This document shows, piece after piece, positions 9,126 through 18,411 of a DNA stretch of 20,853 bases. Each line of letters opens with the position of its first letter. Positions within the stretch are counted from its first letter, which is position 1. The position numbers and the translations under genes were made by a program. The notes below the pieces were generated by a model. That model ran no database searches. It was not told the DNA's origin and worked only from the letters and a program-made list of their open reading frames with translations. Origin of the DNA: Myxococcales bacterium (GTDB lineage Bacteria; Myxococcota; Myxococcia; Myxococcales; Anaeromyxobacteraceae); assembly GCA_038320275.1 (NCBI GenBank), contig JBBQEB010000056.1, positions 1 through 20,853 on the forward strand, given 5' to 3'.

Positions 9126-10862
9126 CTACCGGCCCACCAGCACCGAGACGTCGTCCACCGCGAAGCTGGTCGGCAGCGCGCCGTCCTCCGCGGCGGAGAG
9201 CTCCACCCGCACCGCGCGGCCCAGCCAGGGCGACAGGTCGAGGATGGCCCGCACCCAGCCGCGGCTCGCGTCGGCGTTGGAGGCGGCAAGGGCTGTCGCG
9301 AGCACCTCGCCGGAGAGGGGATCGCGCACCGTCACCGAGAGCGTGTCGAACGGCTCGGCGCCGGGCTCGGCGGTGGTGACGGCGACCGAGAGCGAGAGCG
9401 CCGCCTTACAGGCGCTGGAAGGGAGCAGCACGTCCTGCCAGATCGCGTCGGCGTGCGCCAGCCCGTAGCCCCCCAGCCACGCGCGCCCGTGGCCCGAGCG
9501 CGGGGGCGGCCCGGAGGAGCGGTCGAAGAGGCCTGGCGTGCCCTGCCACCCCGCCCCGGCTGCCTCGAAACCACCGTTCACGAGGAGCTCCGAGGACGAG
9601 GCACAGCCGGGGAGGCTTGCGCCGGTCGCGGCCGGTCCCAGATCTGGAAGGCCTCCCACGGCCCGCGTGTAGAGCAGCGCGTCCGGCGAGCCCGGTGGCA
9701 GACGGGAGAGCTCGCCCGCGGTCGCGCCGCCCACCAGCGCGTCCGAGACCTCGGCCGGGGCTGCCCGCGGGTGCAAGGACAGGTACAGCGCCGCGGCGCC
9801 CGCGACGAAGGGAGAGGCCATGGAGGTCCCGCTGAGCCGGGCGGTCGCCTCGTCGCCCAGGTTCCAGGCGGACGGGATACCCACCCCGGGGGCGAAGAGA
9901 TCGACGCAGGGGCCCCCGTTGGAAAAGCCAGCCACCGCGTCGCCCTCGTCCGAGGCGCCGACGGTGATCGCCTCCGGCAGGCGCGCCGGCGACTCGGCAC
10001 AGGCATCGCCGCCGCCGTTCCCGGCGGCGACGACGTACGTGATGCCGGAGCCGATGGAGCGCGAGATGGCCGCGTCGAGGCTCAGCGAGGGACCGCCTCC
10101 CAGGCTGAGGTTCGCCACCGCCGGGGAGGCGTGGTGAGCGGTGAGCCAGTCCACCGCCGCGATCACGCCCGACACGGTGCCGTTGCCGGCGCAGTCGAGC
10201 ACCCGCATGCCGTGGAGCTGCACGCCGGGAGCCACGCCCAGCGTCGCCCCGCCGACGATTCCGGCGACGTGGGTGCCGTGGCCGTTGCAGTCCTCCGTGC
10301 CCCTGCCGTCCCCCACGCCGTCGTAGACGCCGTCGGCGCGGCCCGCGAGCTCCGCATGCGTCGTGCGCAGGCCGGTGTCGAGGAGGTAGGCGTGCACGCC
10401 GGCGCCAGCCCCTCCCGGAACGTACGCACCGTCGAGCGGCATCGTGCGCTGGTCGATCCGGTCGAGCGCCCAGGAATTTGTCGCGACCGCTCCCGCGGTC
10501 GCGAGGTGGACGGGCGCATCCTCCTCCACCCAGGCCACGCCGGGAGCCTCCGCCAGCGCGCGGGCGGCCTCCTCGTCCATGGTGCCGACGAAGCCGCGCA
10601 GGGCGTGGTGCATCCGGCCCAGCACGCGGGCGCCGCCGCGCGCCGCGAGCGCGTCCACGTCCGGGGCCGCTGCGCCCGGCTCGCCGCGCTCCAGCACCAC
10701 GATGTACCGGCGGGGGATGGCGCGCTGCGACCGCAGCAGCTTGGAGCGCGCGAAGGGCACGCTGGCTCCGGCATCCTCACCGCTTCCGGTGGGAAGGGCC
10801 CCGCCACAGGCGCCGAGCACCGCCAGGCTCGCGAGGACGAAGCTCTTGGCGGTGCGGTGCAT
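9126..10862 (-). CDS. subtilisin-family (S8, aqualysin/proteinase K-like) serine protease, predicted lipoprotein, with I9 propeptide and C-terminal beta-sandwich domain (578 aa)
   Basis: [19 protein letters not shown] lipobox. I9-like propeptide (YIVVL...GFVGTM...PGVAWVEED). WALDRIDQR. Catalytic motifs [20 protein letters not shown] and SGTSMASP. C-terminal domain begins LLVNGGFE...AWLGGYG. Confidence 0.93.
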   Translation of the reverse strand: MHRTAKSFVLASLAVLGACGGALPTGSGEDAGASVPFARSKLLRSQRAIPRRYIVVLERGEPGAAAPDVDALAARGGARVLGRMHHALRGFVGTMDEEAARALAEAPGVAWVEEDAPVHLATAGAVATNSWALDRIDQRTMPLDGAYVPGGAGAGVHAYLLDTGLRTTHAELAGRADGVYDGVGDGRGTEDCNGHGTHVAGIVGGATLGVAPGVQLHGMRVLDCAGNGTVSGVIAAVDWLTAHHASPAVANLSLGGGPSLSLDAAISRSIGSGITYVVAAGNGGGDACAESPARLPEAITVGASDEGDAVAGFSNGGPCVDLFAPGVGIPSAWNLGDEATARLSGTSMASPFVAGAAALYLSLHPRAAPAEVSDALVGGATAGELSRLPPGSPDALLYTRAVGGLPDLGPAATGASLPGCASSSELLVNGGFEAAGAGWQGTPGLFDRSSGPPPRSGHGRAWLGGYGLAHADAIWQDVLLPSSACKAALSLSVAVTTAEPGAEPFDTLSVTVRDPLSGEVLATALAASNADASRGWVRAILDLSPWLGRAVRVELSAAEDGALPTSFAVDDVSVLVGR

Positions 10863-11031
10863 CGGGCGGGTGGTCCTTCCCTCCGCACCGCCTGAAGAAG
10901 ACGGCGCGAGCGGCGTCCCGTTCACCTTCCGCTTTCGGCGAACCCCCCATCAAGGTCGTCAATCCCGCGCAATGCACCGCGCCTGTAAGGCCGCGTCGGC
11001 CGAAGGGGCCGCGGGGATTAGATCCTCCCAC

Positions 11032-13275
11032 GTGGACGCCGCGCTGCGCGAGAAGCTGGGAAACCTCCCGACCGAGCCGGGCTGCTACCTCATGCGCGAT
11101 CGCGCCGGAGGGGTGGTCTACGTCGGAAAGGCCTCCAATCTGCGCTCCCGCGTGCGGAGCTACTTCGACGCGGGCCGGGGTGACGACCGCGCCTTCATCG
11201 CCCTGCTGGACGACCTCCTGGGCGACATCGACGTCATCGTCACGCGCTCGGAGAAGGAGGCGGTGCTCCTCGAGAACGAGCTCATCAAGAAGCACCAGCC
11301 CCGCTTCAACATCCGGCTGCGCGACGACAAGGACTTCATCGTCCTGCGGCTCGATCCATCCCACCCGTACCCACGCCTGGAGGTGCGGCGCGCCCGGCAG
11401 CGCAAGGACGACGGCGCGCGCTACTTCGGGCCGTACTCGAGCGCGAGCTCCATCCGCGAGACGCTGCGCATCGTCAACCGCTGGTTCGGCCTGCGCACGT
11501 GCACCGACCACGTGCTCGACCACCGCAAGCGACCCTGCATCCTGTACCAGATCCACCGCTGCCCGGCCCCCTGCGTGTACGAGGTGGCCGGGGACGACTA
11601 TCGGCAGAGCCTCGACGACGCGGTCACCTTTCTGGAAGGGCGGGAGACGGAGCTCGTTCCGCGCCTGCGGGGCCGCATGCAGGAGGCAGCGACGGGCCTC
11701 CGCTTCGAGGACGCGGCGCGGCTCCGCGACCAGCTCGTCGCGGTGGAGCGCAGCCTGGAGAAGCAGCGGGTGCTCATGTCCGACGACGCCGACCGCGACG
11801 TCTTCGGGATCTACCGCGAAGGCCCCGACCTCGTCGTCTCGGTGCTCGCCATGCGGAAGGGCAGGCTGCAGGATCTCCGCACGCATCCCTTCCGTGGGCA
11901 GGAGTTCCCGGACGAGGAGCTGCTCTCGTCGTTCGTGGCGCTCTACTACGAGGGAACCCCCGCGCCGGACGAGGTGCTCCTCCCGGTGGAGCCGTTGGCC
12001 GCGGCGGCGCTGGCGGAGGTGCTCTCGGAGCGGCGCGGGCGGAAGGTGAAGCTCCTCACCCCGCAGCGAGGCGCCAAGGCCGACCTCCTCGACGTGGCCG
12101 CCCGCAACGCCGAGCAGGGTTTCCGGAGCTGGCAGGAGAAGGACGAGCGGCGGGACGAGGCGCTGGCCGCGCTTACCCGCGCCCTCCACCTCGCGCGCGA
12201 GCCGCGCTGGATGGAGTGCTACGACATCTCCACCTTCCAGGGCGCGCTGGCCGTCGGGTCTGGGGTGTCGATGAAGGACGCGGAGCCCGACAAGGCCAAC
12301 TACCGGAGGTACAAGGTCAAGGGCGTGGCGGGGCAGGACGACTTCGCCATGCTGCACGAGGTGCTCATGCGGCGCCTCAAGCGAGGGCTCGCGGAGGGCG
12401 TCTTCCCGGACCTCCTCGTCATCGACGGCGGCAAGGGGCAGCTCTCCGCCGCGCTCGCCGCCGCGCACGACCTCGGGATCCCCACCAAGCCGGTTCCCGG
12501 CAACGAGGGCGTGCCATTCGTGGAGATGGTGGGGCTCGCGAAGAGCAGGCTGGTGGACATGGGAACGACGCGCGTGGTGAGCGGACGCCGCCGTGCACCG
12601 GGGCGGGCGCCGAGCCGGGCGAGCGCGGCCGACGTGGGCGGGGCGGGCGCCGGAGCGCTGGCGGACGCCGCCGAGACGGCGCAGCGCGGGTACGTGCCAG
12701 AGCTCGAGCGCACGCCGGAGCGGGTGTTCCTCCCCCTGCGCAAGGACCCGGTGGTCCTGCGGCAGAACTCGGCCGAGCTCTACGTGCTCACCCGGCTGCG
12801 GGACGAGGCTCACCGCTTTGCCATCACCTTCCACCGCAAGCTGCGCCGCTCGCGCAATTTCCAGTCGGTCCTGGAGGAGATCCCGGGCATCGGCGGGGGC
12901 CGGCGGAGGGCGCTGCTGCGGACACTCGGCTCGCTCAAGAACGTGAAGGCGGCGAGCGTGGAGGAGTTGGCGCGGGTGGAGGGGTTCGGGCCCAGGGCGG
13001 CCCAGGCGGTGTGGGCCTTCTTCCATCCGGCCGGCTCGGCGGACGCGGCGCTAGCCGGGGAAGCTGGAGAAGCGGCGGCGCAGGCCGCCGAGGCGGCGCC
13101 AGTGGAGGTCACCGAGGCCGAGATCGACGTGGCGCTGGCGGAGGAGGCCGCTGCCGGGGGGGAGGGCGACGAGGCCACCGGCGGTGTCGGCGGCCCGGCG
13201 ATCGCAGCCGCGGAAGGCGGCGCGGAGCTGCCCCGACCGGTATCTTCGAGCTCCCCGCGGCAGGAGGTTTCGTGA
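11032..13275 (+). CDS. uvrC: excinuclease ABC subunit C (747 aa)
   Basis: GIY-YIG domain (PGCYLM...[28 protein letters not shown]). Cys cluster Cx11Cx7Cx3C (11500-11574). UVR domain (FEDAARLRD). RNase H-like domain ([32 protein letters not shown]). HhH motif (IPGIG). GTG start at 11032 inferred. Confidence 0.96.
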   Translation: MDAALREKLGNLPTEPGCYLMRDRAGGVVYVGKASNLRSRVRSYFDAGRGDDRAFIALLDDLLGDIDVIVTRSEKEAVLLENELIKKHQPRFNIRLRDDKDFIVLRLDPSHPYPRLEVRRARQRKDDGARYFGPYSSASSIRETLRIVNRWFGLRTCTDHVLDHRKRPCILYQIHRCPAPCVYEVAGDDYRQSLDDAVTFLEGRETELVPRLRGRMQEAATGLRFEDAARLRDQLVAVERSLEKQRVLMSDDADRDVFGIYREGPDLVVSVLAMRKGRLQDLRTHPFRGQEFPDEELLSSFVALYYEGTPAPDEVLLPVEPLAAAALAEVLSERRGRKVKLLTPQRGAKADLLDVAARNAEQGFRSWQEKDERRDEALAALTRALHLAREPRWMECYDISTFQGALAVGSGVSMKDAEPDKANYRRYKVKGVAGQDDFAMLHEVLMRRLKRGLAEGVFPDLLVIDGGKGQLSAALAAAHDLGIPTKPVPGNEGVPFVEMVGLAKSRLVDMGTTRVVSGRRRAPGRAPSRASAADVGGAGAGALADAAETAQRGYVPELERTPERVFLPLRKDPVVLRQNSAELYVLTRLRDEAHRFAITFHRKLRRSRNFQSVLEEIPGIGGGRRRALLRTLGSLKNVKAASVEELARVEGFGPRAAQAVWAFFHPAGSADAALAGEAGEAAAQAAEAAPVEVTEAEIDVALAEEAAAGGEGDEATGGVGGPAIAAAEGGAELPRPVSSSSPRQEVS

Positions 13276-14201
13276 GCGAGGTCGAACGAGGCGGAGTGGC
13301 CCTGGCACCGGTGGTGGACGCGCTCTGCGAGGCGGCCACAGGGCTCGTGCCGCGCAACGGCGGCGCCGGTGGGCGGCTGGTGCTCCCGTCGCGCGACGCG
13401 GTCATCGGCTGCGTGGAGGAGCTGCGCGCCGTCTTCTTCCCCGGCTACTTCGGCGCGCCGGACCTGCGCGACGAGAGCCTCCACTACTACGTGGGGGCCA
13501 AGCTCTCGCGCATCCTCGGGACGCTGGAGGAGCAGGTCCGCCGGGGCATCGCGTTCGCGGAGCGGCACGCCTACGAGACCTGCGTGCACTGCGCCGTGGA
13601 GGCGAGCCGCGTCGCGCGCGCCTTCCTGGCGAGGCTTCCGGCCGTGCGCCAGCTGTGCGCCTCCGACGTGGACGCCGCCTACGAGGGCGACCCCGCGCTG
13701 GAGATCAAGGACGAGGCGATCTTCAGCTACCCCGGCGTGCACGCGGTGACGAGCCAGCGCATCGCCCACGAGCTGCACGTGCTCGGCGTTCCCCTCATCC
13801 CGCGCATGATCACCGAGCATGCGCACGGCGAGACCGGCATCGACATCCACCCCGGCGCGCGGATCGGCGAGCGGTTCTTCATCGACCACGGCACAGGAGT
13901 CGTCATCGGCGCCACCTGCATCATCGGGAACCGGGTCCGCATCTATCAGGGCGTCACGCTGGGCGCGAAGAGCTTCCCGCTGGACGAGGGCGGCAAGCCG
14001 ATCAAGGGCGTCGACCGCCACCCGGTGGTGGAGGACGACGTGGTCGTCTACTCGGGGGCCACCATCCTCGGCCGCATCACCATTGGCCAGGGCTCCTCCA
14101 TCGGCGGCAACGTCTGGCTCACCCACGGCGTTCCGCCCGGCAGCCGGGTCACGCAGGCCGAGGTGCGGGAGGCCGGATTCGAGTTCGGCGGCGGCATTTA
14201 A
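13272..14201 (+). CDS. cysE: serine O-acetyltransferase (CysE/EpsC type, 309 aa)
   Basis: SD AGGAGG at 13262-13267 and a GTGA overlap with the uvrC stop. Motifs [46 protein letters not shown] and RHP, plus hexapeptide repeats. It ends in the C-terminal Ile (FGGGI) typical of CysK-binding SATs. Confidence 0.93.
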   Translation: MSEVERGGVALAPVVDALCEAATGLVPRNGGAGGRLVLPSRDAVIGCVEELRAVFFPGYFGAPDLRDESLHYYVGAKLSRILGTLEEQVRRGIAFAERHAYETCVHCAVEASRVARAFLARLPAVRQLCASDVDAAYEGDPALEIKDEAIFSYPGVHAVTSQRIAHELHVLGVPLIPRMITEHAHGETGIDIHPGARIGERFFIDHGTGVVIGATCIIGNRVRIYQGVTLGAKSFPLDEGGKPIKGVDRHPVVEDDVVVYSGATILGRITIGQGSSIGGNVWLTHGVPPGSRVTQAEVREAGFEFGGGI

Positions 14202-14259
14202 TCGGCCATCGCGCGGAGCCTGGAGTACCTTCTGCCCCTCGCCCAAGAGGAGACCACCC

Positions 14260-14886
14260 GTGGCAATGCATCCCTGGCACGACGTCGAGCTTCCCCGCTA
14301 CGTCGAGGATCCCATCCCGGCCATCATCGAGATTTCGACCGGCTCGAAGGTGAAGTACGAGCTCGACAAGGCCTCTGGACTGCTCATCGTCGATCGGGTG
14401 CTCTTCTCCGCGGTCCACTATCCGGCCAACTACGGCTTCGTCCCCCGCACCTACTGCGACGACGGCGATCCGCTCGACATCCTGGTGTATTGCCAGGAGC
14501 CCATCCAGCCGCTCTCCATCATGCGGGCCAAGGTCATCGGCGTGATGAAGATGCGCGACGACAAGGGCGAGGACGACAAGCTCATCGCCGTCCACAACGA
14601 CGACCCGGAGTACAGCTCCTACGCCGACGTGACCGAGATGCCGGTCCACCGCATGCGCGAGCTCAAGCGGTTCTTCGAGGACTACAAGGGCCTCGAGCAC
14701 AAGCGCGTGATGGTGTCCGAGCCGCAGGGCAGGAAGCTCGCCCTCGAGGTGCTGCGCGGCGCGATGAAGCTCTACGAGAGCGAGAAGTCGCGGCTCGTGG
14801 CCACCCGGGACGACATGAGCGCGGGCGACGCGCGCAAGCGGGCCGGCAAGAAGCGCCGGCCCACCTCGCGGCCGGTGAAGGGGTAG
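14260..14886 (+). CDS. ppa: family I soluble inorganic pyrophosphatase
   Basis: HPWHD, IEI..GSKVKYELDK, DRVL..YPANYGFVPRT, DGDPLD, EDDKLIAV and FFEDYK. SD AAGAGGAG at 14245-14252 favours GTG 14260; ATG 14266 is an alternative. Confidence 0.96.
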   Translation: MAMHPWHDVELPRYVEDPIPAIIEISTGSKVKYELDKASGLLIVDRVLFSAVHYPANYGFVPRTYCDDGDPLDILVYCQEPIQPLSIMRAKVIGVMKMRDDKGEDDKLIAVHNDDPEYSSYADVTEMPVHRMRELKRFFEDYKGLEHKRVMVSEPQGRKLALEVLRGAMKLYESEKSRLVATRDDMSAGDARKRAGKKRRPTSRPVKG

Positions 14887-14905
14887 GCGGGGGCCGGCCG
14901 CCTAC
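14883..14905. terminator. perfect 8-bp inverted repeat spanning both stop codons of convergent genes; possible bidirectional terminator or pause
   Basis: GTAGGCGG (14883-14890), 7-nt loop, CCGCCTAC (14898-14905). No U-tract on either side. Confidence 0.35.
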
Positions 14906-16419
14906 TGCACACGGCCGGCGGCCTGATCGCGTCGCGGGAGGAGCACGTAGAAGGCGTCTGCAGCGAAGGCCATCGCGTAGTGGTTAGCGATCAGCTCTCC
15001 CACACCAGGCCCGAACCAGGCGTCGATGGCCTGGCGCCCTACCTCGGTCAGGGGTGAGCCGGACAGGATCACCGCGCCGAAGTCCTCGCGCGCCACGCGT
15101 GCACGGAGGTCGGCGGCGGGTCCGGGCCGGCGCGCCTCGACGACCCCGAACATCCAGGGATCGAGCAGGAACGGCCGCTCCCCCGCGAGGATGGGCAGGA
15201 GCGGGTACTCCGAGAGCAGCGGGCCTCGCCGCGAGCGGAGCAGGGGCAAGACCGCGTCGTAGCGCGCTCGGCGCGTGACGGAAGTACGGCTCCGCAGGAG
15301 CCCCCATCCCGGCTCCAGCAGGAGATTGAACTCGAAGAAGAGGCACGCCGCGAGGACGAGCGCAGCCAGCTGACGATGGATCACGCCCGCTGCCAGGCAG
15401 GTGACCATGGCCAGGGCGGCCGCGACCTCCAGCTCGATGAGGTGGTTGTGCTCCACGCCGTACCCGAGGTGAACCACGGCGGTGACGGCGAGCGCCGCGA
15501 GGGCGTAGCCGAACAGGACGGGAGCCCTCTCCCGCGCAGCACGATCGCAGGCGGCGGCGAGCCCGAGGAGCACCAGCGGAATGGTGGGCGGCATGAGCGT
15601 GCCGACGTTCTTCAGGAGGCGGTACGGCATCCGGAGAACGTCGCCCGCGCTGCTGCGCCCCGTCGCGCACGCCAGGATGATCTCCAAGAAGCGCCCGTGC
15701 GTCACGATCTGCATTGCGCCCACCAGGACGAGCGACCACGCGGCGCATCCGAGCAGGAGCCCGACCGATGCCCGGCGATCGCCCCTGCGCCACAGCACGA
15801 CCAAGGCGAGGCACGGCGCTGCAACGCTCGTCCACTTGGTGAACCACGCGAACGCGAAGAGCGCGGCCGCCAGGAGGAGGCGCAGGCGGCCGGCACGGCG
15901 GCCGGAGACCACCCCAGTCGCCCACAGGCCGCAGAGGCCGAGTGAGACCGCGAGCAGGTCCGCCCGGGTGGCGACCGCCTCCTCCTGCACCGCGATCGAC
16001 ATGAGCGCGAGACAGGCCCCTCCGGCCCGCGCGAGCGGCGAGAGGCCGGCAGACCCCAGCAGCCCGTAGGAACCCACGAGGAGCAACGCGAGAGCGAGCG
16101 CTCCCACCGCGAAGCCACTCGCCACCGGCGGCAGATAGCGCATCGCCGCCACCTGCAGCGCGACGAAGCCCGGGAAGTACCGCGTTCCACCGTAGCCCTC
16201 GCTGGAGAACATCGGTCGATACGGCACGCCGTGGTGCCAGTCGTGAGCAAGGGCGGTCCACACCTCCGAGGGCGGATCGATGTCCTCGCGGGCGGCGGCG
16301 CGCGCAAACCGCGCCGCGGTGATCGGGGCGAGCAGCGCCGCGACCGCCAGGGTGATCGCGCAGAGGTTCCATCCCGTTGGGAACCGCCGCGCCGCGGCGA
16401 CGGAAGGGGATCTCTTCAC
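14902..16419 (-). CDS. polytopic membrane protein, probable GT-C fold glycosyltransferase (ArnT/PMT-like), about 505 aa
   Basis: Many hydrophobic segments. Acidic residues and a G..Y.P...Y.P loop after TM1 (EDIDPPSEVW...GVPYRP...TRYFPGF). RADLLA and FTKWTS motifs recall ArnT/GT39-like proteins. Soluble C-terminal domain. GTG start at 16419 inferred; the upstream part of the 18330 ORF is antisense to the ATPase gene. Confidence 0.7.
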   Translation of the reverse strand: MKRSPSVAAARRFPTGWNLCAITLAVAALLAPITAARFARAAAREDIDPPSEVWTALAHDWHHGVPYRPMFSSEGYGGTRYFPGFVALQVAAMRYLPPVASGFAVGALALALLLVGSYGLLGSAGLSPLARAGGACLALMSIAVQEEAVATRADLLAVSLGLCGLWATGVVSGRRAGRLRLLLAAALFAFAWFTKWTSVAAPCLALVVLWRRGDRRASVGLLLGCAAWSLVLVGAMQIVTHGRFLEIILACATGRSSAGDVLRMPYRLLKNVGTLMPPTIPLVLLGLAAACDRAARERAPVLFGYALAALAVTAVVHLGYGVEHNHLIELEVAAALAMVTCLAAGVIHRQLAALVLAACLFFEFNLLLEPGWGLLRSRTSVTRRARYDAVLPLLRSRRGPLLSEYPLLPILAGERPFLLDPWMFGVVEARRPGPAADLRARVAREDFGAVILSGSPLTEVGRQAIDAWFGPGVGELIANHYAMAFAADAFYVLLPRRDQAAGRVQ

Positions 16420-16427
16420 AGGCTCCC

Positions 16428-16436
16428 AGGGTAGCA
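16428..16436 (-). promoter_or_regulatory. candidate extended -10 for the membrane glycosyltransferase gene
   Basis: The minus strand reads TG-C-TACCCT, 8 nt before GTG 16419. Confidence 0.4.
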
Positions 16437-16544
16437 GCACCCCGGAGCGGGCGCACGCCGGTAGGCGTACCGCGGTCGAGCTGCTCCAAGGTACGACCCG
16501 CACCTCCACGCGCACGGGAGCGCGCCCGGCTGGAAGCGAGTTCC

Positions 16545-16573
16545 TTGGGCGAGTTGCCCCCCCGGGATAGACT
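16545..16573 (+). promoter_or_regulatory. candidate sigmaA promoter for the GspE-like operon
   Basis: TTGGGC (16545-16550), 17 bp, TAGACT (16568-16573), ending 8 nt before TTG 16582. No SD. Confidence 0.5.
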
Positions 16574-16581
16574 GCCTCGCC

Positions 16582-18411
16582 TTGCAGAGAGCCCACCGCG
16601 CCGCCGACTTCACGCTCGAGTACGTGGCCAACGTGCTCGCGGAGCGCGGGATCATCACCGAGGACGCCCGGCGTACCGCCTTCGCGCGCGAGCCCGCCCA
16701 GCGGGCGAGGCTCCTGCGCGAGAGCGCGAGGGTGAACGGCGGCCGCGCGCTGCGCCGGGCGGAGCTGTCGCCCCTCGAGCTCATCGCCTCCTTCGAGTTC
16801 CGCGACGCGCGGCAGGAGGGCGAGGCGGTGGACGAGGACAAGGCCACCCACGCCGTGGCCGAGGCCGCCGGGATCGCGTACCGCAAGATCGATCCGCTGA
16901 AGCTCGACGCCCAGCTCATCACCCGCACCCTCTCGCGGCCCTTCGCGCGCAGACACGCGGTGCTTCCGCTGGAGCACCGGGACGGGACGCTCCTGGTGGC
17001 GGCAGCCAACCCGTTCGACCGCGAGCTCTTCGAGAGCCTGCGCGGCCTCACGGGTGGGCCCGTGGAGCCCGTGCTGGCCGCGCCATCCGACATCCACCGC
17101 GCGATCGCCGAGGTGTACGGCTTCCGCGAGCAGATCCGCGAGGCGCAGACGCGGCTGGAGGGCGGCGGCCCCGACCTCGGCAACCTCGAGCAATTCGTCA
17201 ACCTCGCCGCGCTCGACGCGCTGGAGGCCTCCAGCGAGCCGGTGGTGGCGGCGGTGGAGTACCTGCTGCACCACGCCTTCGAGCAGCGCGCGAGCGACAT
17301 CCACGTCGAGCCGCGGCGCGAGGAGTCGATCATCCGCATGCGCATCGACGGGACGCTCCACCCCGTCTACCGCATCCCCAAGGGCGTCCACGGCGCCATG
17401 GCGAACCGGTTCAAGATCATGAGCCGGCTCGACATCTCCGCCCGCCGTCCCCAGGACGGCCGCATCCGGACCGCTCGCGGGGACGCCGAGATGGAGCTGC
17501 GCGTCTCGACCATCCCGACCGCCTTCGGCGACAAGATCGTGATCCGGATCCTCGACCCGGAGGTGCTCGTCCGCGACCTGTCGGAGCTTGGCTTCCTCCC
17601 CGACGAGCGCGAGACGTTCGAGCGCTGGCTCCTGCGCCCGCACGGGCTCGTCGTCGTCACCGGTCCCACCGGCAGCGGGAAGACGACCACCCTCTACTCG
17701 GCGCTGCAGGCCCTGGCCTCGCCCGAGACGAACGTCGTCACCATCGAGGACCCCATCGAGATGGTGCACGAGGGGTTCAACCAGATCGCCGCCAACCCCA
17801 AGACCGGCACCAGCTTCCCCGAGGCCTTGCGCCACGTCCTGCGGCAGGACCCGGACGTCATCATGGTGGGCGAGGTGCGCGACGCCGAGACGGCCGCGCA
17901 GGCGGTGCAGGCCGCTCTCACCGGCCACATGGTGCTCACGACCCTGCACACGAGCGACGCGGTGGGCGCGGTGGCGCGCCTGCGGGACCTGGGGGTGCCG
18001 AGCTTCCTCATCGGGGCGACGCTCACCGGCGTGGTGGCGCAGCGGCTGGTGCGGCAGGTCTGCCCCGCCTGTGCGCTCGATGTTCCGCTCACGGCCGATC
18101 AGGTGGCCGAGCTGGGCGTCAAGCACCCGGAGGACTGGGCCGGCGAGCTCTTGGCGCGCCGAGGCGCGGGGTGCGCCAAGTGCCGCCTCACCGGCCATTA
18201 CGGGCGCACCGGGATCTTCGAGGTCCTTCCGCTCAACGCGCGGCTGCGCCACCTGGTGGCCGACGGCGCCACCCCCGAGGTGCTCCAGCGCACCGCACGC
18301 CAGGACGGCCTCCGGTCCCTTCGCGACCACGCCGTTCGCAAGGTCGCAGCAGGCGTGACCTCCTTCGAGGAGGCGATGCGCGGCACCGCCGATGCGGAGG
18401 GCTGGCGGTGA
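16582..18411 (+). CDS. GspE/PulE/PilB-family secretion/pilus assembly ATPase (609 aa)
   Basis: N-terminal T2SSE_N-like domain (YRKIDPLKLD, FARRHAVLP, ANPFD). ASDIHVEP, PQDGRI, Walker A GPTGSGKTTT, Asp box TIEDPIE, Walker B LRQDPDVIMVGEVRD, His box TGHMVLTTLH, Zn motif CPAC...CAKC and GRTGIFE. TTG start uncertain. Confidence 0.93.
   Translation: MQRAHRAADFTLEYVANVLAERGIITEDARRTAFAREPAQRARLLRESARVNGGRALRRAELSPLELIASFEFRDARQEGEAVDEDKATHAVAEAAGIAYRKIDPLKLDAQLITRTLSRPFARRHAVLPLEHRDGTLLVAAANPFDRELFESLRGLTGGPVEPVLAAPSDIHRAIAEVYGFREQIREAQTRLEGGGPDLGNLEQFVNLAALDALEASSEPVVAAVEYLLHHAFEQRASDIHVEPRREESIIRMRIDGTLHPVYRIPKGVHGAMANRFKIMSRLDISARRPQDGRIRTARGDAEMELRVSTIPTAFGDKIVIRILDPEVLVRDLSELGFLPDERETFERWLLRPHGLVVVTGPTGSGKTTTLYSALQALASPETNVVTIEDPIEMVHEGFNQIAANPKTGTSFPEALRHVLRQDPDVIMVGEVRDAETAAQAVQAALTGHMVLTTLHTSDAVGAVARLRDLGVPSFLIGATLTGVVAQRLVRQVCPACALDVPLTADQVAELGVKHPEDWAGELLARRGAGCAKCRLTGHYGRTGIFEVLPLNARLRHLVADGATPEVLQRTARQDGLRSLRDHAVRKVAAGVTSFEEAMRGTADAEGWR

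Noticed and set aside
11499..14201. 900-aa ORF ending in CysE
   Set aside because: Shadow frame of uvrC. The real cysE starts at GTG 13272 with a good SD.
14902..18330. 1142-aa minus-strand ORF
   Set aside because: Only 14902-16419 looks protein-like. The rest is the antisense mirror of the ATPase gene, as are other long antisense ORFs such as 4408-6882, 6087-8771 and 10777-13026.
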